IMG/VR virus record: IMGVR_UViG_3300037467_000752
DNA length: 64,000 nucleotides
Direction: 5' to 3' (one strand)
Source of the DNA: a virus
Lineage: Duplodnaviria > Heunggongvirae > Uroviricota > Caudoviricetes
Positions 7,870 to 17,588 of this stretch are shown here, piece by piece. How positions within the stretch are numbered: position 1 is the first letter of the stretch; each line of letters starts with the position of its first letter. The notes under the pieces are model-generated. The model made no database searches, was not told the DNA's origin, and saw nothing but the letters and a program-made list of their open reading frames with translations. The position numbers and the translations under genes were made by a program.

Positions 7870-10316
7870 TGGGTCAACGATACGTATTCGACAGCGAGGC
7901 CACGGACCTCTTGAACAGCAACTCTGTTGACTATACGGCGTCCCCCTATGTCCTGAAACCAGACTTCCGCATCCACAGCATGGGATTCTTGGACGTGGAC
8001 AACGGCGAGTACCACGAATTCGTAGGCAAAGACGTTTACAAGCGTGTGCCTGAGTTCGTGATGGACTGCGCTGACGAGCTTATCAGCCACAACGGTATCA
8101 ACTATGACCATATGGTGATGAAGGCCGCGCTGGGGCTTGACTTCGAAATTGGTGTGCGCGAGGGCTACAAGACTGAGCAGTTTTACGACCGCTATCTTGA
8201 CACTATCAATGGCAAGCCCATTACGATCACGGATACGCTAGTCCTTAGCAAAACCCTGAACCCGGATAGAACGATGCACTCCATCGACTACTTCGGCAAG
8301 ATGATGGGGCTGGAGAAGATCGATTGGCGAGCCAAGGCTATCGAGCTTGGCCTGATTCCGCACGATGCACCGAAGGGCGCGGAGTTCAAGACCTTTCATC
8401 CTGAAATGCTCGTGTACATGCGCAGAGACATTGAGCTTGGCAAGAAGGTGTGGCAATTCCTGTTGAAGGAATGGGGTAAGTGGGACTGGAAGGAAGCCTA
8501 CGAGCTTGAGAAGGCTGTCGCTGAAATCATTGTGCGGCAGGAACACCGTGGCTTCTGGTTCGACAGGGAAAAGGCTCTGGAGAACGTCCGAGAACTGGAC
8601 GTGAAGATGGAAGAACTGCGTAAGGTGGTGGAGCCCCTGATTCCGCCTAAGCCTCTGACGAAGGGTGCACAGAAGGACTACATTCCGCCCAAGATTCAGT
8701 TTAAGAAGAACGGAGAGCCTTCCGCGCTGATGCACAAGTGGGTCGCCAAGCACGGCGGCACGTTGTTGCTGGATAGGGATTTGAACCACTACACGGAACT
8801 CTATGGTAAGGCGTATTACCTACCCATGCCGCTAGAGCCGATCCTCACGCACGGTCCTGCGAAGATCAACGACACCACGCACATCAAAGGCTGGCTCGTA
8901 GACCTTGGCTGGAAACCCAGCGCATACAAGGAACGTGACCTGACAGTGGACAGCAAGAAGAAAAAGCTGGAGCCCGATCAATTCCTAGCCGCTGTCAATC
9001 GGTACGTGGAGCAAACGCTCAATAGCCCGTTCAAGGCGGATCGTCTGGAACATCTGGAGTGCACGGAAGGAAACTTGCTAGGCAAGCTGTCAGCGTGGGA
9101 CATGAAGCGTCCGTTGAAGGTGTTGACGAATCCGACCCTCACGGTGGGCGTGGAAAAGGAAATCGACCCGCGCCTGTTGGACCTGAAGGATAAGTTCGCT
9201 TACGCAAAGGAAGTGTCCGAGTATCTGACGTATTCGCATCGTCGCAATTCCATCCTTGGCGGAGGCGTAGACCCGGATGACGTGGAGGATGATGACGAGT
9301 ACGCAGGCAAGGGCTGGCTGTCCGTAGATCGCATTCTGGAAGATCATCGTATTCCTACGCCTGCGGACACTTGCGGGGCGGGCACGAGTCGATTTAAGCA
9401 TCGTCTGGTGGCAAACATTCCTCGCGTCACATCCCTGTATGGTGACAAGATGCGTGCTCTGTTCGGCGTGGACGTGGCCGCAGGCTTCGTGCAGCTTGGC
9501 TATGACTTCGATTCTCTTGAAGCGAAGATCGAGGGGCACTACACGTGGAAGTATGACGACGAGCACAAGTCCTATGTGAATTCGTTGACGGCAGCAAAGC
9601 CCAATGACGTTCACACTGTGACTGCTGCGAAGATTGCTGCAACCATCGGACAACCTTTCACCCGTGCACCTGCGAAGAATGTCAAGTACGCCTGTAGCTA
9701 CGGTGCACGGCCTGCCCGAGTGGCTAAAACCGTGGGATGCTCACTAGAGCTTGGTGAAAAAATCTTCAATGCGTTCTGGGATGCTGCGAAGCCTCTGGCC
9801 CTGTTGACCGAAGCTGTCAAGAAGCATTGGGAAGACAACGGCAAGAAATACATCATCGGCATTGACGGACGCAAGGTGCCTACGCGCTCTGCTTCAGCCC
9901 TCATCAACAGCTTGTTCCAGAGTGGCGGGGTTATCTGTGCTAAGAAGGCGATGGTATTGCACGACCGGAAGCTGCGGGCTGAGAACCTTGTCGTGGACTT
10001 CTGGACGCAGGATTGGAGGAACAGCAGCTTCTGCCAGCAGCTTATTGCCTACCACGATGAGAGCCAGCTTGAGGTTGAGCGTAGCATGGTGAAGTGGAAG
10101 AAGTTTGCTTCAGAAGAGGAATGCAAGGCGTTCGAGTCCGACGATGGCAAGGTGTGGAGCGACCCGTACCATAACGAGAAGGGTTGGTTCCGTGGCTACT
10201 GTCGTGCGGGAGAACTGGCGACCATTGCGGTGCGTGAGGCTGGAGAACACTTCGGCCTGAATGTGGAACTGTCGGCTGGCTATATGCTTGGTACAAGTTG
10301 GGCCTCCTGTCATTGA
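7869..10316 (+). CDS. Family A DNA polymerase (T7 DNA polymerase-like, with a 3'-5' exonuclease domain)
   Basis: Exo I motif VFDSEATDL. Polymerase motif YHDESQLEV and the overall family A architecture. The start is set at the ATG at 7869, inside the longer ORF call. Confidence 0.9.
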   Translation: MGQRYVFDSEATDLLNSNSVDYTASPYVLKPDFRIHSMGFLDVDNGEYHEFVGKDVYKRVPEFVMDCADELISHNGINYDHMVMKAALGLDFEIGVREGYKTEQFYDRYLDTINGKPITITDTLVLSKTLNPDRTMHSIDYFGKMMGLEKIDWRAKAIELGLIPHDAPKGAEFKTFHPEMLVYMRRDIELGKKVWQFLLKEWGKWDWKEAYELEKAVAEIIVRQEHRGFWFDREKALENVRELDVKMEELRKVVEPLIPPKPLTKGAQKDYIPPKIQFKKNGEPSALMHKWVAKHGGTLLLDRDLNHYTELYGKAYYLPMPLEPILTHGPAKINDTTHIKGWLVDLGWKPSAYKERDLTVDSKKKKLEPDQFLAAVNRYVEQTLNSPFKADRLEHLECTEGNLLGKLSAWDMKRPLKVLTNPTLTVGVEKEIDPRLLDLKDKFAYAKEVSEYLTYSHRRNSILGGGVDPDDVEDDDEYAGKGWLSVDRILEDHRIPTPADTCGAGTSRFKHRLVANIPRVTSLYGDKMRALFGVDVAAGFVQLGYDFDSLEAKIEGHYTWKYDDEHKSYVNSLTAAKPNDVHTVTAAKIAATIGQPFTRAPAKNVKYACSYGARPARVAKTVGCSLELGEKIFNAFWDAAKPLALLTEAVKKHWEDNGKKYIIGIDGRKVPTRSASALINSLFQSGGVICAKKAMVLHDRKLRAENLVVDFWTQDWRNSSFCQQLIAYHDESQLEVERSMVKWKKFASEEECKAFESDDGKVWSDPYHNEKGWFRGYCRAGELATIAVREAGEHFGLNVELSAGYMLGTSWASCH

Positions 10317-10328
10317 AAGGAAAACAAA

Positions 10329-10526
10329 ATGGGTGAAAGTTACTGGCAGCACGGCTGCGAACATGGCAGGGCAGGCTTGCCCTTGAATGAAGACAAACGG
10401 CATCTGCCGGGCTACGAAGCAGGCTGGCTCTATGGTGTGGGAACGCCGCTGTACCACGCTGGCGGTGCGCTCTATGCTCAACCTCAACCCCGCAATGAGT
10501 GCCCCTGCTGTGGACGCCCCTACTAG
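10329..10526 (+). CDS. Hypothetical small Cys-containing protein
   Basis: RBS gaaaggaaa. C-terminal CPCCGRP. Confidence 0.35.
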   Translation: MGESYWQHGCEHGRAGLPLNEDKRHLPGYEAGWLYGVGTPLYHAGGALYAQPQPRNECPCCGRPY

Positions 10527-10560
10527 GCGCTACAAGCCCAAGAGCACTGTCCGTGACAAG

Positions 10561-10914
10561 ATGGACCCTGCCACCGCAGGTGACTATGAGCGGATGGCTG
10601 CAGCCTGCATCGAAGCACTCATAGCAGGCAACACAAACGTTTATTTCACGTTCCCTTACTTCCTGAAGTTCAAGAGCGAGGGCTTCCCGAAAGGGCAGAT
10701 TGTGGAGAAGACAGCCACAAGCAACCTGCACAAGATCAACGCTGAGAAGCTTCTAAATTGGCTGTACAAGCACGGTTTCAGCAGAACCGATGCCAAGGCT
10801 GTTAACGAAGCAAAACGGGTATTCGGTAAGAAGCTAACAATGTTGGAACGAAGCTTGGGTGTTGACTTAGACTATTATTTGTGCGACAATGCCGTTTCAC
10901 AAGGAGAAAGCTGA
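10561..10914 (+). CDS. Hypothetical protein; start uncertain
   Basis: Downstream part of ORF 10387-10914. The first in-frame ATG not overlapping the previous gene was chosen. Confidence 0.3.
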   Translation: MDPATAGDYERMAAACIEALIAGNTNVYFTFPYFLKFKSEGFPKGQIVEKTATSNLHKINAEKLLNWLYKHGFSRTDAKAVNEAKRVFGKKLTMLERSLGVDLDYYLCDNAVSQGES

Positions 10915-11018
10915 TTGCCATTCTACGTTGCAGCAATGATTTGGGTTAGCGTGTGGCAGGATGCCGTCGCTGACATGTTCGGGCTCTCAGCCCTTTACAA
11001 AGAAAAGGAGAAAGATTG

Positions 11019-11204
11019 ATGTACTTCCACAAATTGGAAAACACGAAACACGTCTACCACGAGTACAGCGACACCCACGTCACGGTGTACGTGGGCGATT
11101 CCCCCGTCTACACCTTCCCGTTGACGGAAGATGGCGTGGCTTCTGGTCATACGGTCGAAGCTGTCAAAGCAGTCGTCACTGCACTTGGCGGGACGTTCGC
11201 ATGA
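11019..11204 (+). CDS. Hypothetical small protein
   Basis: RBS aaggagaaag located 6 nt upstream. Confidence 0.35.
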   Translation: MYFHKLENTKHVYHEYSDTHVTVYVGDSPVYTFPLTEDGVASGHTVEAVKAVVTALGGTFA

Positions 11205-11542
11205 GCATTTCAAAGTTGATCGGCCTTACGCTTACCCGCGTGGACGTTGCCGATGAAGTTATCACGTTCACTTCGAACGATGGTCGTGTCTTCAAGATGC
11301 TCCACCATCAAGATTGCTGTGAGTGCGTCCGCGTAGAAGATGTGATAGGTGATGTTCTCGATTTAATCGACACGCCAATCGTGTATGCCGAGGAACGCTC
11401 CAACAGCGACGAAAGTGCAAGCGAATCGGGTACGTGGACGTTCTACGAACTGCGTACTATCAAAGGAAGTGTCACCATCCGCTGGTACGGTAGTTCCAAC
11501 GGCTACTACAGCGAGGATGTTGATTTCGAGGAAATTCAATGA
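11201..11542 (+). CDS. Hypothetical protein with an HQDCCECV motif
   Basis: ATGA overlap start. No confident domain. Confidence 0.4.
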   Translation: MSISKLIGLTLTRVDVADEVITFTSNDGRVFKMLHHQDCCECVRVEDVIGDVLDLIDTPIVYAEERSNSDESASESGTWTFYELRTIKGSVTIRWYGSSNGYYSEDVDFEEIQ

Positions 11543-11582
11543 GCAAAGTGCGGCTCGCAACAGTAACTAGAAAGGAAATGTA

Positions 11583-11888
11583 ATGAGAGGTTCCCATATA
11601 ACTATGAGCCACTTCGCCACACGGCGAGACTTCGAACAGGCGCAGGCCGATCACTCTGGCAAGAAGCTGGTGATGTATCATCCCCGTCCGGGTCTGGACT
11701 ACATCCAAGTGGGGCTGCGAGCTTCCGTGGTGCCTCTTGACCATCCGGACACTGTGTTCGTGACGAATGGGTACGAAGCCATCACGAGCGCCGTGCAATG
11801 GTACAACGAAGAAACGGGCGTGTTCGAAACGCTGAACAGCCGCTACGTTCCTAGCACTCTGGTGCAAGGGACGTTGGACCTTGGCTGA
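11583..11888 (+). CDS. Hypothetical protein
   Basis: RBS aaaggaaa. No domain assigned. Confidence 0.4.
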   Translation: MRGSHITMSHFATRRDFEQAQADHSGKKLVMYHPRPGLDYIQVGLRASVVPLDHPDTVFVTNGYEAITSAVQWYNEETGVFETLNSRYVPSTLVQGTLDLG

Positions 11889-12390
11889 CAGCGTACCCGC
11901 GTGGTTTGAACAGCTAGCAACTGACCGGCTGCGCTACGATGCAACATCCGGGCAGATACTGTTCAAGGTTGATTGCGGGAGGGCTAAGGCTGGAATAGTG
12001 GCAGACAAGCGGATGCCTAATGGATACCTGACGGTCAGGATTCAAAAAGATGGGGTCCGCGTTACAGTCTGTTCACACCGTATGGCTTGGTTCCTAGTTA
12101 CCGGAGCATGGCCCGCTGAAGAACTCGACCATATCAACAAGGTCCGGCACGACAACCGTATGGAGAATTTGCGCGAGTGCAACAGAAGTCTGAATGTAGT
12201 TCGGACTTTGCGCGAAGCAAGGACTCTCCCGCGAGGGGTTACGTGGGCAGGACACACGAACAAGACCAATCCGTATCTTGCTCAAATCGGCAACACGTAT
12301 ATCGGCTACTTCGGTACGCCAGAGGCTGCACATGCAGCGTATCTTGCTGCTTTTGAAAATAGGTATGGCTCTGAATGGAAGGAGTTTTGA
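11881..12390 (+). CDS. HNH homing endonuclease with an AP2 domain
   Basis: HNH_3 motif LDHINKVRHDNRMENLREC. AP2-like C-terminal segment RGVTW...YIGYFGTPEAAHAAY. Confidence 0.7.
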   Translation: MADSVPAWFEQLATDRLRYDATSGQILFKVDCGRAKAGIVADKRMPNGYLTVRIQKDGVRVTVCSHRMAWFLVTGAWPAEELDHINKVRHDNRMENLRECNRSLNVVRTLREARTLPRGVTWAGHTNKTNPYLAQIGNTYIGYFGTPEAAHAAYLAAFENRYGSEWKEF

Positions 12391-12571
12391 AATTTCTGAC
12401 ATAACAATGTGCAGTGGCGTGGGCTGTCGAATGGCAGACTCGTGCTACCGCTTCACAGCCCCCGTCAACCGCCTCAGGCAATCGTTCTTTGCTGTAGTTC
12501 CAGTGCAGGATGCTGGAACACGTTTTGAGCGTTGCCGGGAGTGGGTTAATAACGGAAGCAAGAGAGCAACC

Positions 12572-12600
12572 TTGACAAGCAAGGTAGGTAGTGGTACAAT
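12572..12600 (+). promoter_or_regulatory. Sigma70-like promoter: TTGACA, 17-nt spacer, TACAAT
   Basis: Consensus hexamers with a 17-nt spacer, about 70 nt upstream of the SSB-like gene. Confidence 0.55.
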
Positions 12601-12676
12601 GGATGTTCGTCTTGATGACGAAAAACACTGACGACTGAAGATTAACTGACAACAGACTGAAGATAGGAAAGATTGA

Positions 12677-13636
12677 ATGAGTTTCAAACCGAAGAACGCT
12701 GGCAAGCCCCGCAACGAAGGTGATTTCGAACGCGGCCCCCGCCCCGTTCCCAAGAGTGGCCCCCGCAAGGCCCGCGTGTCCCTCATCGTGGACTTGGGTG
12801 TGCAGAAGCGCGACGACTTCGAAGATGAGAAGACTGGAGAAACGAAGCCGCAGAAGCCCTGCGCACAGGTGGCGGTGTTCGCTGACCTCGTGCAAGACGT
12901 GGTGGACTACGGTGGCACCATTGGCAAGGCCCAATACCGCCTTTGCCTGAACAAGTCGTTCAAGGGTGATATCGAAGGCATCAACTTCACTGCAACGCCT
13001 CCGAAGGATGCCAAGGGCCAGATTATCAAAGGCAAGCCGTGGGGTTTCCACCCGCAGAACATGCTCACCAAGTTGGCAAAAGCTGTCGGCAAGCCCGAAA
13101 TTGCGTTGGATGAAGGCCCGAGTGGCATGGACATCAGCCTGCTTCTGAACGAGCCATTCATCGCTGACGTTGACGTGAAGGAAGTTGTGTCTGACACGAA
13201 GAAGGATGATGACGGCAATCCGATTGTCTACCGGAACGTGAACTTCAAAGGCCCGTCCAAGGTGCCGATGGTGGAAACGGACGAACTGGATGAAGACGGC
13301 AATGCCATCGAAAAGCCTGCCCCCGTGGCGGAACTGAAGACGCCTGCCCTGTGCATCACGTTCGACAACGCCAAGGCGGAAGACATCAAATTCATTCGTC
13401 GCAACCTTATCAACAAGATCAAGCTGGCCGAGAACTACGCTGGCTCGCAGATGCAGAAGGCTATCGAGGAATTCGAAGCTGGCAACGCTGGTAGCGGCGC
13501 TGCTGCAGACGATGACGGTGGCGAGCCTGAGTCGCAAGAGCATCCGAAGGAAAAGGTGACGAACAAGTCCCCGCGTGCCAAGCCTGCGGAGAAGAAGCCT
13601 GTTCCGAAGGATGACACGGAAGATACGCCGTTCTGA
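12677..13636 (+). CDS. Putative single-stranded DNA-binding protein (T7 gp2.5-like)
   Basis: Acidic C-terminal tail ending in DDTEDTPF, with a terminal aromatic residue as in gp2.5-type SSBs. Sits in the replication module next to a FEN-type nuclease. Confidence 0.4.
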   Translation: MSFKPKNAGKPRNEGDFERGPRPVPKSGPRKARVSLIVDLGVQKRDDFEDEKTGETKPQKPCAQVAVFADLVQDVVDYGGTIGKAQYRLCLNKSFKGDIEGINFTATPPKDAKGQIIKGKPWGFHPQNMLTKLAKAVGKPEIALDEGPSGMDISLLLNEPFIADVDVKEVVSDTKKDDDGNPIVYRNVNFKGPSKVPMVETDELDEDGNAIEKPAPVAELKTPALCITFDNAKAEDIKFIRRNLINKIKLAENYAGSQMQKAIEEFEAGNAGSGAAADDDGGEPESQEHPKEKVTNKSPRAKPAEKKPVPKDDTEDTPF

Positions 13637-13756
13637 TGGAAGTGCACGCTATCTGGCTGCTGGTGGCGTTTGCCATCGGCATCTTGTTGGGACTCTGCAC
13701 GCCTAGCGGCAGCACAGGCCCGCGATAAACAACACGGCTACTGCAGCCGTGAGATG

Positions 13757-13794
13757 AGCCCTGCATCCTTTGGGTGCGGGGCTTTAGTTTTTGG
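13757..13794 (+). terminator. Intrinsic terminator: AGCCCTGCA ... TGCGGGGCT with one G-U pair, followed by TTAGTTTTT
   Basis: 9-bp stem followed by a T-rich run. Lies downstream of the SSB-like gene and a 30-aa hydrophobic micro-ORF (13636-13728). Confidence 0.5.
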
Positions 13795-13803
13795 AAGAAT
13801 CGA

Positions 13804-14058
13804 GTGGAACTGACGGATTGTTTCTACTACGACCCTACTGGCGTTAGCCTACGTCAACACACTGTCGATGGAGTTGCATACGAACGCTGGGTAGCACAGT
13901 GGTATGAACTAGGAAGTAAGCAGCCTAAGAGCAAATCATTCGGAATACTCAAGTACGGAAATGAGAGAGCGTTTCAACTTGCTTGCGAGTATCGCGCGAA
14001 AGTTATCAAGCGGCTCAACGCGCAGGGCGCAAATTACACAGAAAGGCATGGGCAATAA
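13804..14058 (+). CDS. Stand-alone AP2-domain protein; possible homing endonuclease remnant
   Basis: AP2-like segment GVAYERWVAQWYELG...FGILKYGNERAFQLACEYRAKV with no attached HNH domain. GTG start chosen after the terminator stem. Confidence 0.35.
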   Translation: MELTDCFYYDPTGVSLRQHTVDGVAYERWVAQWYELGSKQPKSKSFGILKYGNERAFQLACEYRAKVIKRLNAQGANYTERHGQ

Positions 14059-14062
14059 TAAA

Positions 14063-15070
14063 ATGAAGCGATTAGTATTCGATTTTGACTACCTTAAATA
14101 CAGCATAGCTTCCGTATGTGAAACCCGTAGCATCATTGCTACGCACATCGCCAGCGGCAAACAGAGGGAATTCCCCACGCGGACAGCCTTCTACGGCCAC
14201 TACAAGAAGAAGGATGGGGGTTGGCTTAGGCAGCTTAACGACGAACGAGCTAAGGATGGAAAGAAGCCGTTCAAGGCCGAAGACTTCGACATCGCTGACA
14301 AGCAAGTGGCGCAACCTGTGTCGCACATGAACCAGATCGTGAAGCAGCACATTCACGGTATCTGCAATGCGCTGGGCACGTCAAGCTACTACGGCTACAT
14401 CGGCAAGGGCCAGTCGTGGCGAGTGAAGGCCAGCACGATCAAAGAGTACAAGGGCGACAGAAAAGAAACGCTCAAGCCTCTAATGCTGGATGAAATCGAG
14501 GACTATTTGAAACGAATGCACAAGGCCACGGAAGTGCGAGGGCTGGAGGCAGACGATCAAGTTGTCATTGATTGCACGGCAAATCAGAATCTTGTCCTTG
14601 TAGGCGTGGACAAGGATTACTACGGCTGCGACGGCATCACTCTGTACAACCCCGACAAGATGGATAGGCCGCAACGCATCGAAGGACTGGGCAAGCTGTG
14701 GGCTGACGGCAAGGGCAACGTGCGTGGAGAAGGCCGCAAGTTCTTCTACTTCCAAATCCTCTCTGGCGACGACTCCGACTGCTATTGGGCCAACTCGGCC
14801 TCCGACATTAAGTGGGCTGACAAGAGCGCGTTCAAGGTGCTGGACGAGTGCAAGACGGACAAGGAATGCTGGAACGCCATCCTTGATACCTACAAGATGC
14901 TCTACCCGGAGCCGAAGGAAATCACGGGCTGGCGTGGGGACAAGTTTACGGTGGATGCAAAGTATGTGCTGAAAGAAAACTGCACCATGGCACACATGTT
15001 GCGCAAGCCCGATGACAAGTTCGACCTTGACAAAGTGCTGGAGGAACACGGCCTTGCCCACAAACTCTAA
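14063..15070 (+). CDS. 5'-3' exonuclease or flap endonuclease (PIN-like 53EXO)
   Basis: N-terminal LVFDFDYLKY segment resembles the start of Pol I-type 5' nucleases. Acidic metal-site motif GLEADDQVVIDC. Start 14048 versus 14063 is uncertain. Confidence 0.55.
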   Translation: MKRLVFDFDYLKYSIASVCETRSIIATHIASGKQREFPTRTAFYGHYKKKDGGWLRQLNDERAKDGKKPFKAEDFDIADKQVAQPVSHMNQIVKQHIHGICNALGTSSYYGYIGKGQSWRVKASTIKEYKGDRKETLKPLMLDEIEDYLKRMHKATEVRGLEADDQVVIDCTANQNLVLVGVDKDYYGCDGITLYNPDKMDRPQRIEGLGKLWADGKGNVRGEGRKFFYFQILSGDDSDCYWANSASDIKWADKSAFKVLDECKTDKECWNAILDTYKMLYPEPKEITGWRGDKFTVDAKYVLKENCTMAHMLRKPDDKFDLDKVLEEHGLAHKL

Positions 15071-15644
15071 GCCGAAACCCAAGCCGTGGCTCATTGAAGG
15101 CAATCCGTGGAAGACGGAAGCCAAGTTTCTTGCGTGGGTGCGTGGAGTGCTGCGTAAGGGCTGGAGTCGTCACCCTATCAAGGTAATGTTCCTGAACGCT
15201 ACGCGAAAGCGTATCCCGAACCCAAGCCCGAAGAACGCTGTCCGCTTTCCTGAAGTGTGGGGGTGTCGGTGTGCAGAGTGTGGGGACATGTTTCCGCAGA
15301 AGGACATTGAGGTTGACCACATCGATGCAGCCGGGGGCTTCAAAGACCTTAGCCAGTTGGGTGAATGGGCAGAACGGCTCTACCTAGTGGACTTCGACAG
15401 CATCCGTGCAGTGTGCAAGCCCTGTCACAAAATCAAGAGCTACGCGGAACGCATGAACATTACGTTCGAAGAAGCCAGGGGAGTTAAGAAGGCTATCGAG
15501 TACATGAAGCAAGCTAGCAGCGCAAAACAGCTTGAGTTGCTTGCCAGATTCGCGTACAATGGAGCTTCAGTAAGCACGGTTGCAAAGCGACGTGTTTTGT
15601 TTGAAACCATCTTTAAGGAGAATCACAATGCAGACTGTGCCTGA
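15012..15644 (+). CDS. HNH-superfamily zinc-binding nuclease-like protein
   Basis: Motif CRCAECG...VDHIDA...CKPCHKIKS fits the CxxC...DH...CxxCH pattern. Overlaps the upstream gene by 59 nt, so the start is uncertain. Confidence 0.4.
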   Translation: MTSSTLTKCWRNTALPTNSKPKPKPWLIEGNPWKTEAKFLAWVRGVLRKGWSRHPIKVMFLNATRKRIPNPSPKNAVRFPEVWGCRCAECGDMFPQKDIEVDHIDAAGGFKDLSQLGEWAERLYLVDFDSIRAVCKPCHKIKSYAERMNITFEEARGVKKAIEYMKQASSAKQLELLARFAYNGASVSTVAKRRVLFETIFKENHNADCA

Positions 15645-16236
15645 TAAAAAATTCACCTTCACCGTAGACCGGGCGAGAGTGCCGATTTTTACGGCAATTC
15701 CGCAAGGGGACTACTGGCGTGTGGTGTGGAGCACGCTGGACGAAGAAAATAAGGAAGTGCAGTACCCGCATGCGATGGTGCAAAAGTTCGTGGCAAGCCA
15801 AGGCTGGCGCATCCAGCAAGTCATTCGTCGCACGGTGGACAGCTTGAAGGAAGCTGAAGGTTACAAGCTGGGCGACAAAGTGACAGTCAAGGACAAGTGG
15901 CTAACCTATAGATCGCTGGGACTCTGGGCTGAAGCCCACGACCTGAAGAACTGGCAAATGGACAAGACCCCGCAGAATGGTGACGTGCTGACCATCGTGG
16001 AAATCGGGCGGCAGCTTGACGCTTACATCACGCACGCGCTGTTCGGTTTGCAAGCGGCTGATGGGAGGACTTTCATCATGAATGCGCTTGGTTTCACCAA
16101 GGCTGATGCCCTGCAGGCCGAGGCTGAACTGAAGCGGCTCACAGACCTGCGCTCTGAACTGGCAAGCATCAACAAACAGATCGACGCTCTCGCAACCCGT
16201 GCGAAAAACATTCGTACACAGTTGACCGGAGAATAA
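15628..16236 (+). CDS. Hypothetical protein with a C-terminal coiled coil
   Basis: RBS taaggagaa located 7 nt upstream. Confidence 0.45.
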   Translation: MQTVPDKKFTFTVDRARVPIFTAIPQGDYWRVVWSTLDEENKEVQYPHAMVQKFVASQGWRIQQVIRRTVDSLKEAEGYKLGDKVTVKDKWLTYRSLGLWAEAHDLKNWQMDKTPQNGDVLTIVEIGRQLDAYITHALFGLQAADGRTFIMNALGFTKADALQAEAELKRLTDLRSELASINKQIDALATRAKNIRTQLTGE

Positions 16237-16243
16237 GGATTAC

Positions 16244-17092
16244 ATGAGCAGTAAGAAAACATGGCAGCAAGAGGCTGTCGCCTATCACGAGCAAGGGTTG
16301 TCGTGGCGAACGATTGCGGGGCTCTTGAACCTGCCGAAGTCCACCGTCAGTGACTACCTTCGTGGCTACGTGATTCTGAGCGACCGTTCAGGAAAGCTGA
16401 AGCTACAAGATGAAACGAAGGAAGACAATGGCCGTGTGCTGGTGCTGAGTGATATGCATATCCCTTACCATCATCCGAAGCTTCTTTCGTTCCTTGCTGG
16501 CTTGAAAGAGAAGTATCAGCCGACGCGGGTTATCAGCATCGGTGACGAACTGGACAAGCACGCGATGTCGTTTCATGACAGCGACCCGGATTTGGACAGC
16601 GCAGGCAAGGAACTGGACAAGGCTCGTGAGGTTGTGGCGAAGCTGGAGAAGATGTTTCCGCGTATGGACATCATTGACAGCAACCATGGCTCCATGCTGT
16701 ATCGCAAAGCGAAGCATCACGGCATCCCGCGCCAGTACCTGAAATCGTACAACGATGTTCTAGGCGTTGGTGAAGGATGGAAGTGGCACTACGATCTTAC
16801 GATCAAGTTGCCCGATGGGAACCCCGTGTACTTCCACCACGGGAAATCGAAGAACGGGCTGAGGTTGTCTCAGACGATGGGCATGTCGTGCGTTCAGGGG
16901 CATTACCACGAGGACTTCAATGTGCAATGGTGGGCGAATCCGCTGGGGTTGTACTTCTCAATGCAGGTTGGATGTTTGATCGACCCTGACAGCTTCGCCT
17001 TCGCCTATGCGAATGTGAACATCAAACGACAGATTATTGGCACTGGACTTATCATCAATGGACGACCTGTTCTTGAACCCATGCCACTCTGA
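16244..17092 (+). CDS. Calcineurin-like metallophosphoesterase with an N-terminal helix-turn-helix
   Basis: Motifs VLVLSDMHIPYHH, GDELD, SNHG and GHYHED. Confidence 0.65.
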   Translation: MSSKKTWQQEAVAYHEQGLSWRTIAGLLNLPKSTVSDYLRGYVILSDRSGKLKLQDETKEDNGRVLVLSDMHIPYHHPKLLSFLAGLKEKYQPTRVISIGDELDKHAMSFHDSDPDLDSAGKELDKAREVVAKLEKMFPRMDIIDSNHGSMLYRKAKHHGIPRQYLKSYNDVLGVGEGWKWHYDLTIKLPDGNPVYFHHGKSKNGLRLSQTMGMSCVQGHYHEDFNVQWWANPLGLYFSMQVGCLIDPDSFAFAYANVNIKRQIIGTGLIINGRPVLEPMPL

Positions 17093-17167
17093 CGGAATCC
17101 CTTGGGGGGAAGACAGCCCCTACGTGTTCAAGCGTGCTGGCTACACAGAAGATCACGGGGTACGAGA

Positions 17168-17290
17168 ATGAAGCTGGTGTATTGGTTCCGGCCCAATCAT
17201 CACTGGAACGTAGTGACGAAGGAGTGCTACGAGCAACTAATGAAGTGGGACTTCGGTGATTACCTGAGAGTGACGGAGGAAAAGCAGTGA
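17168..17290 (+). CDS. Hypothetical small protein (40 aa)
   Basis: Short ORF between two genes. Weak RBS. Confidence 0.25.
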   Translation: MKLVYWFRPNHHWNVVTKECYEQLMKWDFGDYLRVTEEKQ

Positions 17291-17574
17291 TCGCCGCACA
17301 ACTGATGTTCGCCAACTTGCCGCTGTATGTCATGGCTATCTCAGAGGGTAAAGAAGTTGCCATCGTGAGGGCTGGTTCATTTCACCCGTTTTGGGATGAC
17401 GGTGAGCCGCCTGCGTTGTTTGACCAAAGGGGCTTTTTCATAGGTGGCCTAGAAGATGGGCGGAGTTATGAGTACGACAAGACATACAAGCTGGACGAGT
17501 GCCCTGCACTTGAGCAGTGGCTCCGACGCCAACATTTTTCGTTGGTGAACATGAGCGAAGTAGTAAAGGTTTAA
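17287..17574 (+). CDS. Hypothetical protein
   Basis: GTGA overlap start. No domain assigned. Confidence 0.4.
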   Translation: MIAAQLMFANLPLYVMAISEGKEVAIVRAGSFHPFWDDGEPPALFDQRGFFIGGLEDGRSYEYDKTYKLDECPALEQWLRRQHFSLVNMSEVVKV

Positions 17575-17588
17575 AGAAAGGAAAGACG

